This document shows, piece after piece, positions 40,473 to 49,443 of a stretch of DNA of 64,000 nucleotides (position 1 is its first letter; each line of letters starts with the position of its first letter). The stretch covers positions 1-64,000 of the forward strand of contig JAVLKG010000016.1 in the NCBI GenBank assembly GCA_032128875.1, read 5' to 3'. The position numbers and the translations under genes are program-made. The notes under the pieces were generated by a model. The model did no database searches. It saw only the letters and a list, made by a program, of their open reading frames with translations, and had not been told where the DNA came from. This stretch comes from Candidatus Melainabacteria bacterium 17Bon1m (GTDB lineage Bacteria; Cyanobacteriota; Vampirovibrionia; Obscuribacterales; Obscuribacteraceae).

Positions 40473-40695
40473 GAGAAGGTAAGGCACCGCTTTACTGACA
40501 ATAACCTCGTTGCAACTTTCTGCTTCCTCGGAAGTGCGCAATCAGGCGGAAGGCGAGACAGGGGCTGATAAATCCTCAGAGTCTCTCATGAACCCCCGGA
40601 ACCGAGTTAATCCGTCGGCCCGATTGGCTCAAGCCGCTTTGAGGTAATTAGTTTTATGAGAGTCCTTCTTCAGCTAGATTCTTTAGGAAGAGCGT

Positions 40696-41598
40696 ATGAA
40701 TCAACCCACCCCCCAAGGTAGAGCTCAAATTGAGTCGGCTTCAGGTTTTCCACTAATCACCGTCTCGCTCTTGATGGGCTTGATGTTGGTGTACTACATG
40801 AGCTCGACCACAGCCAATGACCGTTTTTTCGAGATGACTGGTCACGGCTTCAGACCTGATGATGCAGTCCTTGCGTTCCAATCAAGCAACTGGGGCAAGC
40901 TTTTCAACATGATGTACGCGAATTTCGCAAGTTTGCATTATGTGCAGCTCTTCTTCAGTGCTTATTTCATCTGGGTCTTCGGTGGTCACATCGAAGGTAA
41001 GATGGGTCCTGCCCGGCTCGGGCTGCTTGTCTTGCTTGGTTTGACTGTACCGTGGGTCGCAGTCGCCTTGCTCCATTCCGGCAAAGGCAGCGACACGATT
41101 TTCGTTGGACCGGTTTTTGTAATTTCGTCTCTGGTGGGCGCTTACCTGGTGCTCCCTCCTGAAAAGCAGAGACTGAAGAGCTGGATGCCCAAAAACCGCC
41201 ACCAGATCTTCGACACTGAAGAGAAGAAGGACGTTCGCGACCACTACATCAAAAACCCGATGATATTCGTCGGAGTGTTTGTGGTCGTGGAATTGGCTTT
41301 CCACTTCGCTTGCTCAATGCTGTTTCCCGGTTATGACACTCTGGATTTCGTCGGCGCAGCAATTGCATTCGGTATGGGATACGGCATGGCTTACGCCTTG
41401 CTCTCGTCGGCAACCGGCAATGTCCAGGATGCACCGATGAAACTGGGCGTACTGCACCACTATCGCAAGCTCATCGCCATCGACGTTCCTCACGAGCAGG
41501 CTCTCATGGGTACCTCCAAGGCTCTGGGTCTGCCTTACGAGCAAGTTCGCGACTGGGTCAACAAGGACAAGGGCAAGATGAAGATTCGAAATCTATAA
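40696..41598 (+). CDS. Rhomboid-family membrane protein, probably catalytically inactive
   Basis: IWVFGGHIEGKMG and VG...I..LVGAY rhomboid pattern, but GxSG and the catalytic His are absent. Confidence 0.65.
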   Translation: MNQPTPQGRAQIESASGFPLITVSLLMGLMLVYYMSSTTANDRFFEMTGHGFRPDDAVLAFQSSNWGKLFNMMYANFASLHYVQLFFSAYFIWVFGGHIEGKMGPARLGLLVLLGLTVPWVAVALLHSGKGSDTIFVGPVFVISSLVGAYLVLPPEKQRLKSWMPKNRHQIFDTEEKKDVRDHYIKNPMIFVGVFVVVELAFHFACSMLFPGYDTLDFVGAAIAFGMGYGMAYALLSSATGNVQDAPMKLGVLHHYRKLIAIDVPHEQALMGTSKALGLPYEQVRDWVNKDKGKMKIRNL

Positions 41599-41651
41599 GT
41601 CAATGGACTACAAGGATTTCGGTCTGTAACCCGATTAACACAAACTAAATT

Positions 41652-41705
41652 AAAAGCGCCTTTCGAGCCACTGGATGACTTCCAAAAACCGAAATGGCGC
41701 TTTTT
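41652..41705. terminator. Hairpin with A/T tracts (possible bidirectional terminator)
   Basis: AAAAGCGCCTTTCG...CGAAATGGCGCTTTTT. Confidence 0.5.
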
Positions 41706-41944
41706 ACATGGTGTCATCCTCGTGCCATCCTATGAAGGAAGGCGGCGAGCCTGCCACGATTAAGCGGAACTTATCCTTTTCCTTCTAAGTGAGCTTCTAA
41801 TAACGCGCGCGCGGGGTTGTCGAGGTAAACTATCACCTTGGTCTTGGCGTCCGTTAATGCATTGAAGTCAAAGTCCGTTTGTATACAGAACTTTGTCTGA
41901 CCCGAAGTCCGTAATGCCTGACAGGTGCTGATCTAGAGGTTTAT

Positions 41945-43924
41945 TTGGTGGTCCAGTCACAAATCGAGCGTGATGTTACCCAGGAAGCTCAAGACAAGGT
42001 CGTGCAGCCTATGAGTCCACCGACCGAATCGAGCACGCCAGTCAATCCTACTGTCGTTTCCGAGATTTTGGAGATGATCAGATGGAAGCGTCTCATGCAG
42101 ATCTTCTTCGACGGCATGTTGGCATTCTTGGCGTTTGCGGGTGCTTTCTTAATCCGCTTCGATGGGCACCTCAACAGCCATTTCTTCCACCAGCTGCTTA
42201 TCTTCGCGCCTGCGATCGTTTCATTGCGCCTCTTATCCAACTGGGGATTCGGCACCTACAGGCGCTTGTGGCGCTACACCGGTTTGACCGAAGTGATGGA
42301 ACTGGGCTGCTCAGTTCTCACTGTAACTACGATTTTGACCATCGCACGCGCCCTCGGCTTTATGTCCGTTGAAGGCAGCCAGCTCTCCTACGGCATTATC
42401 GCCATCGATGCCGGACTATGCTTTCTGCTTCTGTGCGCCAGTCGCGTTTTGCGCCGCCTGCAAACAGAGCACAACCAAAGACGTCACTGGCGGCAGCCGG
42501 TTCGCAAGCGCGCACTGGTCGTTGGTGCTGGTGATGCCGGGCAGATGGTGCTGAAAGAACTCGCACAGCGTGCTGACCTCGGCGTTGACGTGGTCGGTAT
42601 GGTTGATGACGATCCAATGAAGCTCAAGAAGCGCATCGGCAGTATCACCGTATTCGGTACCACAAAGGAATTGCGCAACTTGGCTGAAAACCTTTGCGTA
42701 GATCAAGTTATCATCGCGATGCCTTCCGCACCGCCGCACGAAATCCGCCGCATTGTGGACATTTGCCGCGAAGCAGAAGTCGAACCGCGCATTTTACCTG
42801 GCTTGTTCGAACTTATTGATGGACGCGTTTCGGTCAGCCAGTTGCGCGAAGTTTCGCTGGAAGATCTGCTCGGGCGCGAACCCGTGCACATGGACTCTGC
42901 TGCGATTACTTCCTATCTAGAAGGGCGTTGCGTGCTCGTCACCGGAGCCGGTGGTTCGATTGGCAGCGAACTGTGCCGCCAAATTCTCAAGTTTCAACCA
43001 GCCAAGATTTTGCTCTTGGGTCGCGGCGAAAATTCTATTTTTGCGATTCACCAGGAATTGAAAAAACGACCTGAGCCGGTCGAGATCATCCCCATCATTG
43101 CTGATGTTCGTGACCACGAGCGCATGCAAGCTGTTTTTGATCGCCACAAGCCTGCTGTTGTTTTCCATGCTGCCGCCCACAAGCATGTTCCTCTCATGGA
43201 AGAAAACGTATCCGAAGCGATCACTAACAACGTTAGAGGCACGCAAATTCTGGCAGAACTCGCTCATCGCACACACGTAGAAACTTTCGTGCTTGTGTCG
43301 TCCGACAAAGCGGTCAACCCCTCGTCTGTGATGGGCGCCACCAAGCGTATGGCCGAGATGATAGTCCAGAGTCTGGATACGAGATCCCAGACTCGTTTTG
43401 CTTCTGTCAGATTTGGCAATGTGCTTGCCAGCCGCGGTTCTGTGATTCCGCTTTGGAAGCAGCAAATCGCACAGGGCGGTCCAGTCACTGTCACGCATGC
43501 TGACGCCACTCGCTATTTCATGCTGATCCCTGAATCAGTACAGCTCATCTTGCAAGCCGGAGCACTCGCATCCGGTGGTGAAATCTACGTGCTAGACATG
43601 GGCAAGCCTGTTCGAATCATCGATCTCGCATACGACCTGATTCGCTTCTCCGGACTGCGACCGAATCAAGACGTCAAAGTCGAAGTCGTTGGTTTGCGCC
43701 CCGGCGAGAAATTGCACGAAGAGCTTCTCACTGCAGAAGAGGGTCTGACCAAGACCACTTACGAAAAAATCTTTGTCGGGCAGCCGGCCAAAATCGATCA
43801 CCAGTTGCTCTACAACCAAATCGACAGCCTGGTGACGGCAGCGCGCGCTGATGATGAAGCGTCCGTCCGCAATCAATTGGATACCGTTCTTGGCGGCACA
43901 TTGAGCGCACAGAGCTTGGTCTAG
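41945..43924 (+). CDS. Nucleoside-diphosphate sugar dehydratase, CapD/PglF family
   Basis: N-terminal TMs, GAGDAG, TGAGGSIGSEL, HAAAHKHVP, SSDKAV, MGATKR, RFGNVL, LRPGEKLHEEL. Confidence 0.95.
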   Translation: MVVQSQIERDVTQEAQDKVVQPMSPPTESSTPVNPTVVSEILEMIRWKRLMQIFFDGMLAFLAFAGAFLIRFDGHLNSHFFHQLLIFAPAIVSLRLLSNWGFGTYRRLWRYTGLTEVMELGCSVLTVTTILTIARALGFMSVEGSQLSYGIIAIDAGLCFLLLCASRVLRRLQTEHNQRRHWRQPVRKRALVVGAGDAGQMVLKELAQRADLGVDVVGMVDDDPMKLKKRIGSITVFGTTKELRNLAENLCVDQVIIAMPSAPPHEIRRIVDICREAEVEPRILPGLFELIDGRVSVSQLREVSLEDLLGREPVHMDSAAITSYLEGRCVLVTGAGGSIGSELCRQILKFQPAKILLLGRGENSIFAIHQELKKRPEPVEIIPIIADVRDHERMQAVFDRHKPAVVFHAAAHKHVPLMEENVSEAITNNVRGTQILAELAHRTHVETFVLVSSDKAVNPSSVMGATKRMAEMIVQSLDTRSQTRFASVRFGNVLASRGSVIPLWKQQIAQGGPVTVTHADATRYFMLIPESVQLILQAGALASGGEIYVLDMGKPVRIIDLAYDLIRFSGLRPNQDVKVEVVGLRPGEKLHEELLTAEEGLTKTTYEKIFVGQPAKIDHQLLYNQIDSLVTAARADDEASVRNQLDTVLGGTLSAQSLV

Positions 43925-43930
43925 ACAGTC

Positions 43931-44860
43931 ATGAGTGCAACAACCGAGAGTCCTTTAGCGCAACGCGAAGCGAAGCTTATCGCCGCACTTTCGCGTCTTG
44001 AAAGCGTTGTTGTCGCGTACTCCGGTGGTGTGGATAGCTCGCTGCTTGCATTTTACGCACGCAAGGTTTTGGGTGATAGAGCTCGCATCGTCATTGCTGT
44101 TTCACCGAGCTTAGCTTCTGATGAATTGGACGAGGCGCGTGCGCAGGCTAAACAATTCGGCTGGCAACTCATGGAAGTGACTACCCATGAGGTAGACAAT
44201 CCTGATTACAGAAAGAATGACGGGCAGCGCTGCTATTTTTGCAAAGGTGCACTGTTCGCTGCAATGGACGCGCTTGCGAAGCGAGAAGGATACGTCAACC
44301 TCGCTTATGGTGCCAACATCGCCGACTTGGGAGATATCAGACCGGGACAGCGTGCAGCGCAAGAATACAATGTGGTTAGCCCACTGCAAGAGGCACAACT
44401 CACGAAAGATGAGATCCGCGAATTGGCTCGAATAGCGGGTTTGGCGGCCTGGGACAAGCCTCAGTCAGCTTGTTTGTCATCACGGTTTCCCACTTTCGAA
44501 ACTGTGACGCCTCAACGTTTGAAGGTCGTCGAGTCCGCGGAAATCGCGCTTCGGAAGCTGGGGTTCAAAGGTTTTCGCGTGCGCTTTCACAGTTTGTCTG
44601 CAAGCAAAAAACCTTCCGGTGACGAACTTTCACTGGCTCGCATCGAATTGACTGACGAAGATTTGAGAAAAATTTCTCTGGATGAAACCTTGCGCGGGCA
44701 AATAGCTTCTGCTGTTAAGGACGCGGGCTTTGCGTTTGTGACTATCGATATTGAAGGTTATAGGCAGGGTTCGTCTAATATCGGACTGGGTTCTCCCTCC
44801 GCTGATGAAGTACAGCGGAATTCAGAATTCGTACCAGTGGAGTTGACTCGTCGTGGATAA
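43931..44860 (+). CDS. larE: ATP-dependent sulfur transferase LarE family
   Basis: PP-loop AYSGGVDS, RCYFCK, RPG..AA, ACLSSRF, RVRFH. Confidence 0.88.
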   Translation: MSATTESPLAQREAKLIAALSRLESVVVAYSGGVDSSLLAFYARKVLGDRARIVIAVSPSLASDELDEARAQAKQFGWQLMEVTTHEVDNPDYRKNDGQRCYFCKGALFAAMDALAKREGYVNLAYGANIADLGDIRPGQRAAQEYNVVSPLQEAQLTKDEIRELARIAGLAAWDKPQSACLSSRFPTFETVTPQRLKVVESAEIALRKLGFKGFRVRFHSLSASKKPSGDELSLARIELTDEDLRKISLDETLRGQIASAVKDAGFAFVTIDIEGYRQGSSNIGLGSPSADEVQRNSEFVPVELTRRG

Positions 44861-45665
44861 AGAGAAGCTTCTTACCCTGCTGCAATCCGTCGCTACTCGT
44901 ACAGTCGAGCCCGAAGCTGCGCTCGAACAGCTAAAAGACTTACCTTATGCTGACTTGGGTTTTGCGCGCCTTGATTTGCACAGAAGTTTGCGCCACGGCT
45001 ATGCGGAAGTGATTTTCTCTCCAGGCAAAACGCCTGATCAGATCGTTTCGATTGTTCGCAAACTGCGAGAGAACAACGAACTGGTCATAGCAACCAGGGC
45101 GGACGCGACTCAGGCTGAAGAAGTTCTTCGGCAGATACCGGAAGGACGGTATGAAACACTGTCGCGCGCTTTGGTATTTGGCGAAATGCCTGATACCAAA
45201 TCCGGTGCATTGTCCGTGAATGTCATCACCGCCGGAACCGCAGACATCCCTGTCGCAGAGGAGTGCGCGCTGATCTTGCAGACCGCAGGCGTACCGATTC
45301 AGAAGCTTTACGATGTCGGAGTGGCTGGCATTCATCGCTTGCTCTCTAATGTAGAACTCCTCCGCCGTGGCGCTCTGACTGTGGTGTGCGCTGGAATGGA
45401 TGGCGCCTTGCCGAGTGTAGTCGGCGGAATTCTCGATGGACCAGTAATTGCGGTCCCTACGTCAGTTGGTTATGGTGCTGCGTTTGATGGCTTGGCGCCC
45501 TTGCTTTCAATGTTGAATAGCTGCGCTGCCGGCATCACTGTAGTCAATATCGACAACGGCTTCGGCGCTGCATATGCAGCTTTGCGAATGTACAACTCAC
45601 TAACCAGTAGGGGAGACGCATGCGCCTCTCTGGGCAGGGCGCCGCATGCGGCGCCCCTACGTTAG
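44853..45665 (+). CDS. larB: Nickel-pincer cofactor biosynthesis protein LarB
   Basis: DLHRSLRHG, AGTADIPVAEE, DVGVAGIHRL, AGMDGALPS, PTSVGYG, VNIDNGFGAA. Confidence 0.93.
   Translation: MDKEKLLTLLQSVATRTVEPEAALEQLKDLPYADLGFARLDLHRSLRHGYAEVIFSPGKTPDQIVSIVRKLRENNELVIATRADATQAEEVLRQIPEGRYETLSRALVFGEMPDTKSGALSVNVITAGTADIPVAEECALILQTAGVPIQKLYDVGVAGIHRLLSNVELLRRGALTVVCAGMDGALPSVVGGILDGPVIAVPTSVGYGAAFDGLAPLLSMLNSCAAGITVVNIDNGFGAAYAALRMYNSLTSRGDACASLGRAPHAAPLR
45607..45660. repeat. Inverted REP doublet (REPIN-like) inside the larB 3' end
   Basis: GTAGGGGAGACGCATGCGCCTCTC ... GGGCGCCGCATGCGGCGCCCCTAC. Confidence 0.7.
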
Positions 45666-45674
45666 TAGGAGTTC

Positions 45675-48362
45675 CTAACGGCTGGCATTCAGTGTCGGAA
45701 CCTGATCGATTCGGTACTTTTGCATTTCGCGAATGAGGTTGCCTGCGCGTTGCATGGCGTCTTGCGGTGTGTTCGCGCTGCCGCGTTTCCAGGAATTAGA
45801 TGGTCGCAATTGCTGAATAAAAGTCTCCCAGTTCCAGAGACTCTCTTGTGGCTGCAATGCCATGCACGTAAGCACGCTGTCGATAACTAGCGCTGAGAAG
45901 TTGTCCAGGTATGGTCCGAAGTGATTCATAGTCCTGGAAGGATGCTGAAATAGTGGATGCCCAACTTCTGCACTCTGCATGTGCGCAATTGCAGGCACAT
46001 ACATGTTGTCGTAATCTACCAAACGCAGATTGCCTCGACCATCAACAAGAATGTTTGACGGCTCCAAATCACCGTGCGCGATACCTGCCGCATTGAGCGC
46101 CATCACCATCTCGCGAAACTGATTTACGATGCGTTGCAGCTCATGCTTGTTTTCGTTGCGCAATTGAAAACGTATATAGTCGTCGATTCTCTTGCCGTCA
46201 ATGTAGCCCATACGCAAGATGGGCAGCCACTGTTCGCCGACTCTTAGCCCCCGCGACTGGTATTGAAAGCTGACCAAATATTTGCCGGCGTCTTTCATGT
46301 TGTGTCGCGCAATTGCTTCGTATCGTTGTTTGCGATCTGCACTGTCGCGTAGAAAACACTTCACTGCGTAATGTTTGTTTTGCCCTGCAATGCGCAGCAC
46401 AAGCCCGTTTTTTCCCTCCCACTGGTCAAAACTCAGTACGCGGCCCATTCGTAATTCAGGGTCAGAAAATGCGTCATCATCCAACACGACGGCATCTTTT
46501 ATTACTGATACGCGTGGGAAGCGTTGGGGCACATGGACTTCGCTGGTAGCGCGAGGCGGTGCTGCCGGCGGCGCGCTTGCTTTCGGTGCTTGGGGCGCAG
46601 GCGTTGGCGGGGGCAAGTCCTGAAAGAGCGGATTATTCGTATGCTGCTGCGAAGGGCGCTTTGGAATCATCAGGTCATCACCCTCATAATCCTTGAGCGC
46701 CTTGCTGTAGTTTTCCGCCGCTTTCAGAACGCTACCAGGTCCGCCGCTGCGGTCAGGGGGTTTGCTCGAAGCTTGTTTTGAATTTGCTGCACCCGCTCCA
46801 GCACCCCCGGCTCCTGCGGGTTTCCCACCTGTACCTGCGTTCGGCGCGCCGCCTGTGGCTTCTGCGTACCATGGAATTTCTCCGGTGGGAGAACTGTTTG
46901 AAGAACTTGCTTTAGAACCCGAACCGCCACTTGCACCCGCAGCGGCTCCAGCTCCCGAACTACCAGGGCGAGCTGTTCCTTGACCTTGTCCTCTTCCCTG
47001 ACTCTGCCCGCTAGCACCTGGTCGCGCACCGCTTTGTCCGGTACTCGAATTTGAGCCAGGAGACGCACCATATCCGTAGTCGCTGTCATCCCCGTATCCG
47101 TATCCATATCCATAAGCGTCAGAGCTGCTGCCTGCCACACCCTGCCCAGAATTCGAAGTCGTGTTTGTGTTGGTTTGCGCGTTTGAATAGTTGGAAGTGT
47201 TAGATGTGTTGGATGCGTTGGACGCGTTTGCACTGCTCGACGTGTTTTGTGGATGTGCAAACGAGCCAGCCGCAGGTCCTGGCGGTGTTTGGAATGAGCC
47301 CGGTATCGAATTGAACGTGCCGGTGGCAAAACTCGGGCCGCTCTGAATTGTTGAGCCTGATTGCTGGTTGAAACTTCCAGAGCTAGACGAGTTCGCTCCT
47401 TTTGCTTGCGCTTGTTGCTTTTCGTTGTGCTGTTGCGCAGGCGGACTTTGCACTTCCACCGGCTTGTCTACTCTGCGATCGTGTCCAGCCGGACGAAACT
47501 CCGGTATCTCATGCAACTGCATGGTAAGAAGTTTTTTGATTTCGTGCGCGCGTTTGTTGATGTCTGGAACTGGATGCCTGAGGAGTTCGTTGAGCAGACG
47601 AGATCCTTCTGGGTTTTTGTAATCCGCGGCGCCAAAGATCAAGCGTTCATCTCCGCCCGCGTGACGTTGCCACAGTGTCGGATCGAGCTTCAATACTTGC
47701 ATCGAGTGATAAATTATCCACGCGGAAAATCTGTCGATGGTTTCATCAAAAACTTCTGCATTACGTTGCGGGTGTTGATAATTGATGTGACCTAACTCGT
47801 TAGCCTTTTCCCCAGCCATCGCTGGAACATAGATACCGTCGTAATCTACCAGCATCAAGTCTTTGTTGCGTACAATTATGTTGCCGTGCTGCAGGTCACC
47901 GTGGGCGATACCATTGCGCTCGAGTTCGAAAACAAGGTCGACAAACTGATTGATGAAACGGTCCATCTGCTGCTTGCTGTGCATGTTTTTACGGATAAAC
48001 TGATCGAGCGTCAAACCCTCAACCCAGGGCATTTTGACAATCGGAAACCAATTCCCGTTGACCAGTATTCCTTTCAGCAAATACTCGAATTCAAGCAAAG
48101 TCGAGACGTGATTGAAAGCGGTAAACGTACTCAGATGCCCGTATCGCTGGTGCTGATTGTAGACATTGCGCAGGAAGCATTTGACTGCGACGTTTCGATT
48201 GGCGCATTGAAATTGATAGACGCTGGCGAAATTTCCGCAAATTGGTTTCGGCAGTCCCATAGCGTTGGTTTCCGGCGCGCCTTGCTGCAACTCTTGGTTG
48301 TCAAAGCAGATTTCCGGAGATTGAACTGTCTCGTTATAGTCCTGCGGTGTCGGCCACTGCAT
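45675..48362 (-). CDS. Protein with two kinase-like domains joined by a ~300-aa G/S/Q/N/P low-complexity linker
   Basis: Both domains have AVKCFLR, HGDL(Q/E)xxN, LVDYD, (Y/F)QHPxR and D(R/N)FSA. Confidence 0.88.
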   Translation of the reverse strand: MQWPTPQDYNETVQSPEICFDNQELQQGAPETNAMGLPKPICGNFASVYQFQCANRNVAVKCFLRNVYNQHQRYGHLSTFTAFNHVSTLLEFEYLLKGILVNGNWFPIVKMPWVEGLTLDQFIRKNMHSKQQMDRFINQFVDLVFELERNGIAHGDLQHGNIIVRNKDLMLVDYDGIYVPAMAGEKANELGHINYQHPQRNAEVFDETIDRFSAWIIYHSMQVLKLDPTLWQRHAGGDERLIFGAADYKNPEGSRLLNELLRHPVPDINKRAHEIKKLLTMQLHEIPEFRPAGHDRRVDKPVEVQSPPAQQHNEKQQAQAKGANSSSSGSFNQQSGSTIQSGPSFATGTFNSIPGSFQTPPGPAAGSFAHPQNTSSSANASNASNTSNTSNYSNAQTNTNTTSNSGQGVAGSSSDAYGYGYGYGDDSDYGYGASPGSNSSTGQSGARPGASGQSQGRGQGQGTARPGSSGAGAAAGASGGSGSKASSSNSSPTGEIPWYAEATGGAPNAGTGGKPAGAGGAGAGAANSKQASSKPPDRSGGPGSVLKAAENYSKALKDYEGDDLMIPKRPSQQHTNNPLFQDLPPPTPAPQAPKASAPPAAPPRATSEVHVPQRFPRVSVIKDAVVLDDDAFSDPELRMGRVLSFDQWEGKNGLVLRIAGQNKHYAVKCFLRDSADRKQRYEAIARHNMKDAGKYLVSFQYQSRGLRVGEQWLPILRMGYIDGKRIDDYIRFQLRNENKHELQRIVNQFREMVMALNAAGIAHGDLEPSNILVDGRGNLRLVDYDNMYVPAIAHMQSAEVGHPLFQHPSRTMNHFGPYLDNFSALVIDSVLTCMALQPQESLWNWETFIQQLRPSNSWKRGSANTPQDAMQRAGNLIREMQKYRIDQVPTLNASR

Positions 48363-48467
48363 GGCATTACCTGAACGCGCTCTCTAATGGTTTATTACCA
48401 CAGCTGGACAGGGCTGTATCCGCTAGATTGATTCTTATGAAAGAGAGCATCATTCTCTCATTTGACC

Positions 48468-48492
48468 GGGCGACTCATGGCGTCGCCTCTAC
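48468..48492 (-). repeat. REP-like palindrome
   Basis: GGGCGACTCATGGCGTCGCCTCTAC. Confidence 0.7.
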
Positions 48493-48600
48493 GGAACGGC
48501 TCCCTTGGCAAGAGTTCTGTTCTTATGGGCGTTTCTGCAATATGATCATGAGCCTGTCTCGCGACCGTACTTAATGTTTCCGGCGCCAAAGGATCGATAA

Positions 48601-49443
48601 ATGCCGTATCAAGCCGAAATTAGTCGCTCCAACCCGTCTTGCTTTCTCTTTCTGGTCGACCAGTCGTCTTCCATGAAAGACCAATTCGCAGGTGGTACCA
48701 ATGGCGGCACAAAGGCGCAGGGAGTCGCAGATGCCGTCAACAGCTTGCTGCAAAATCTGGTTTCGAAGTGTACAAAGTCCGATGGAATCAGAGATTACTA
48801 CAATGTTGGCGTGATTGGATATGGCGGTGGCGGCGTGGCGCCTGCTTTTGGTGGTCCGCTCGCAAGAAAAGAGCTTGTCCCAATCAGCCTGGTCGGCAAC
48901 AATCCGGTTCGTGTAGAGCAACGCACGCGTCAGGTGAGTGACGGGCGCGGCGGCGTGGTCGACAAGAAATTCAATGCTCCTATCTGGTTCGAACCGACTT
49001 GCGGCGGCGGAACTCCAATGTGCGCAGCGCTTGCCAAAGCCGGAGCGGTTTTGAAACCATTCATCGCCCAGTACCCATACTGTTTTCCGCCCATAGTCAT
49101 CAATATTTCCGACGGTGAGTCGTCGGACGGCATCCCCGACAACGCAGCCAAAGAACTCACATCAATGAAAAGTAGCGACGGTAACGTCATGCTCTTCAAT
49201 CTCCATGTCTCGTCTTATGGCAATAAAGCCATCGAATACCCGGATCGCGACGACATGCTGGAAGATGAGTACGCAAAAGACCTGTTCAGAATTTCCAGTC
49301 CGCTGACGAGCTACATGCGAAAAGTTCTTTCAGACGAAGGCTATGCGATCACCGAGAAGTCCCGCGGATTCGCTTTCAATGCCGACTTCGTGACATTGAT
49401 CAAATTCCTGGACATCGGAACTCGCCCGAGTAACTTGCGTTAA
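48601..49443 (+). CDS. von Willebrand factor A (TerY-like) protein
   Basis: MIDAS DQSSSM, GGTPM, NISDGE. Confidence 0.88.
   Translation: MPYQAEISRSNPSCFLFLVDQSSSMKDQFAGGTNGGTKAQGVADAVNSLLQNLVSKCTKSDGIRDYYNVGVIGYGGGGVAPAFGGPLARKELVPISLVGNNPVRVEQRTRQVSDGRGGVVDKKFNAPIWFEPTCGGGTPMCAALAKAGAVLKPFIAQYPYCFPPIVINISDGESSDGIPDNAAKELTSMKSSDGNVMLFNLHVSSYGNKAIEYPDRDDMLEDEYAKDLFRISSPLTSYMRKVLSDEGYAITEKSRGFAFNADFVTLIKFLDIGTRPSNLR

Noticed and set aside
41741-41755. ops/JUMPstart-like GGCGGCGAGCCTG upstream of the capD-like gene
   Set aside because: Deviates from the GGCGGTAG core and no other JUMPstart features are present.
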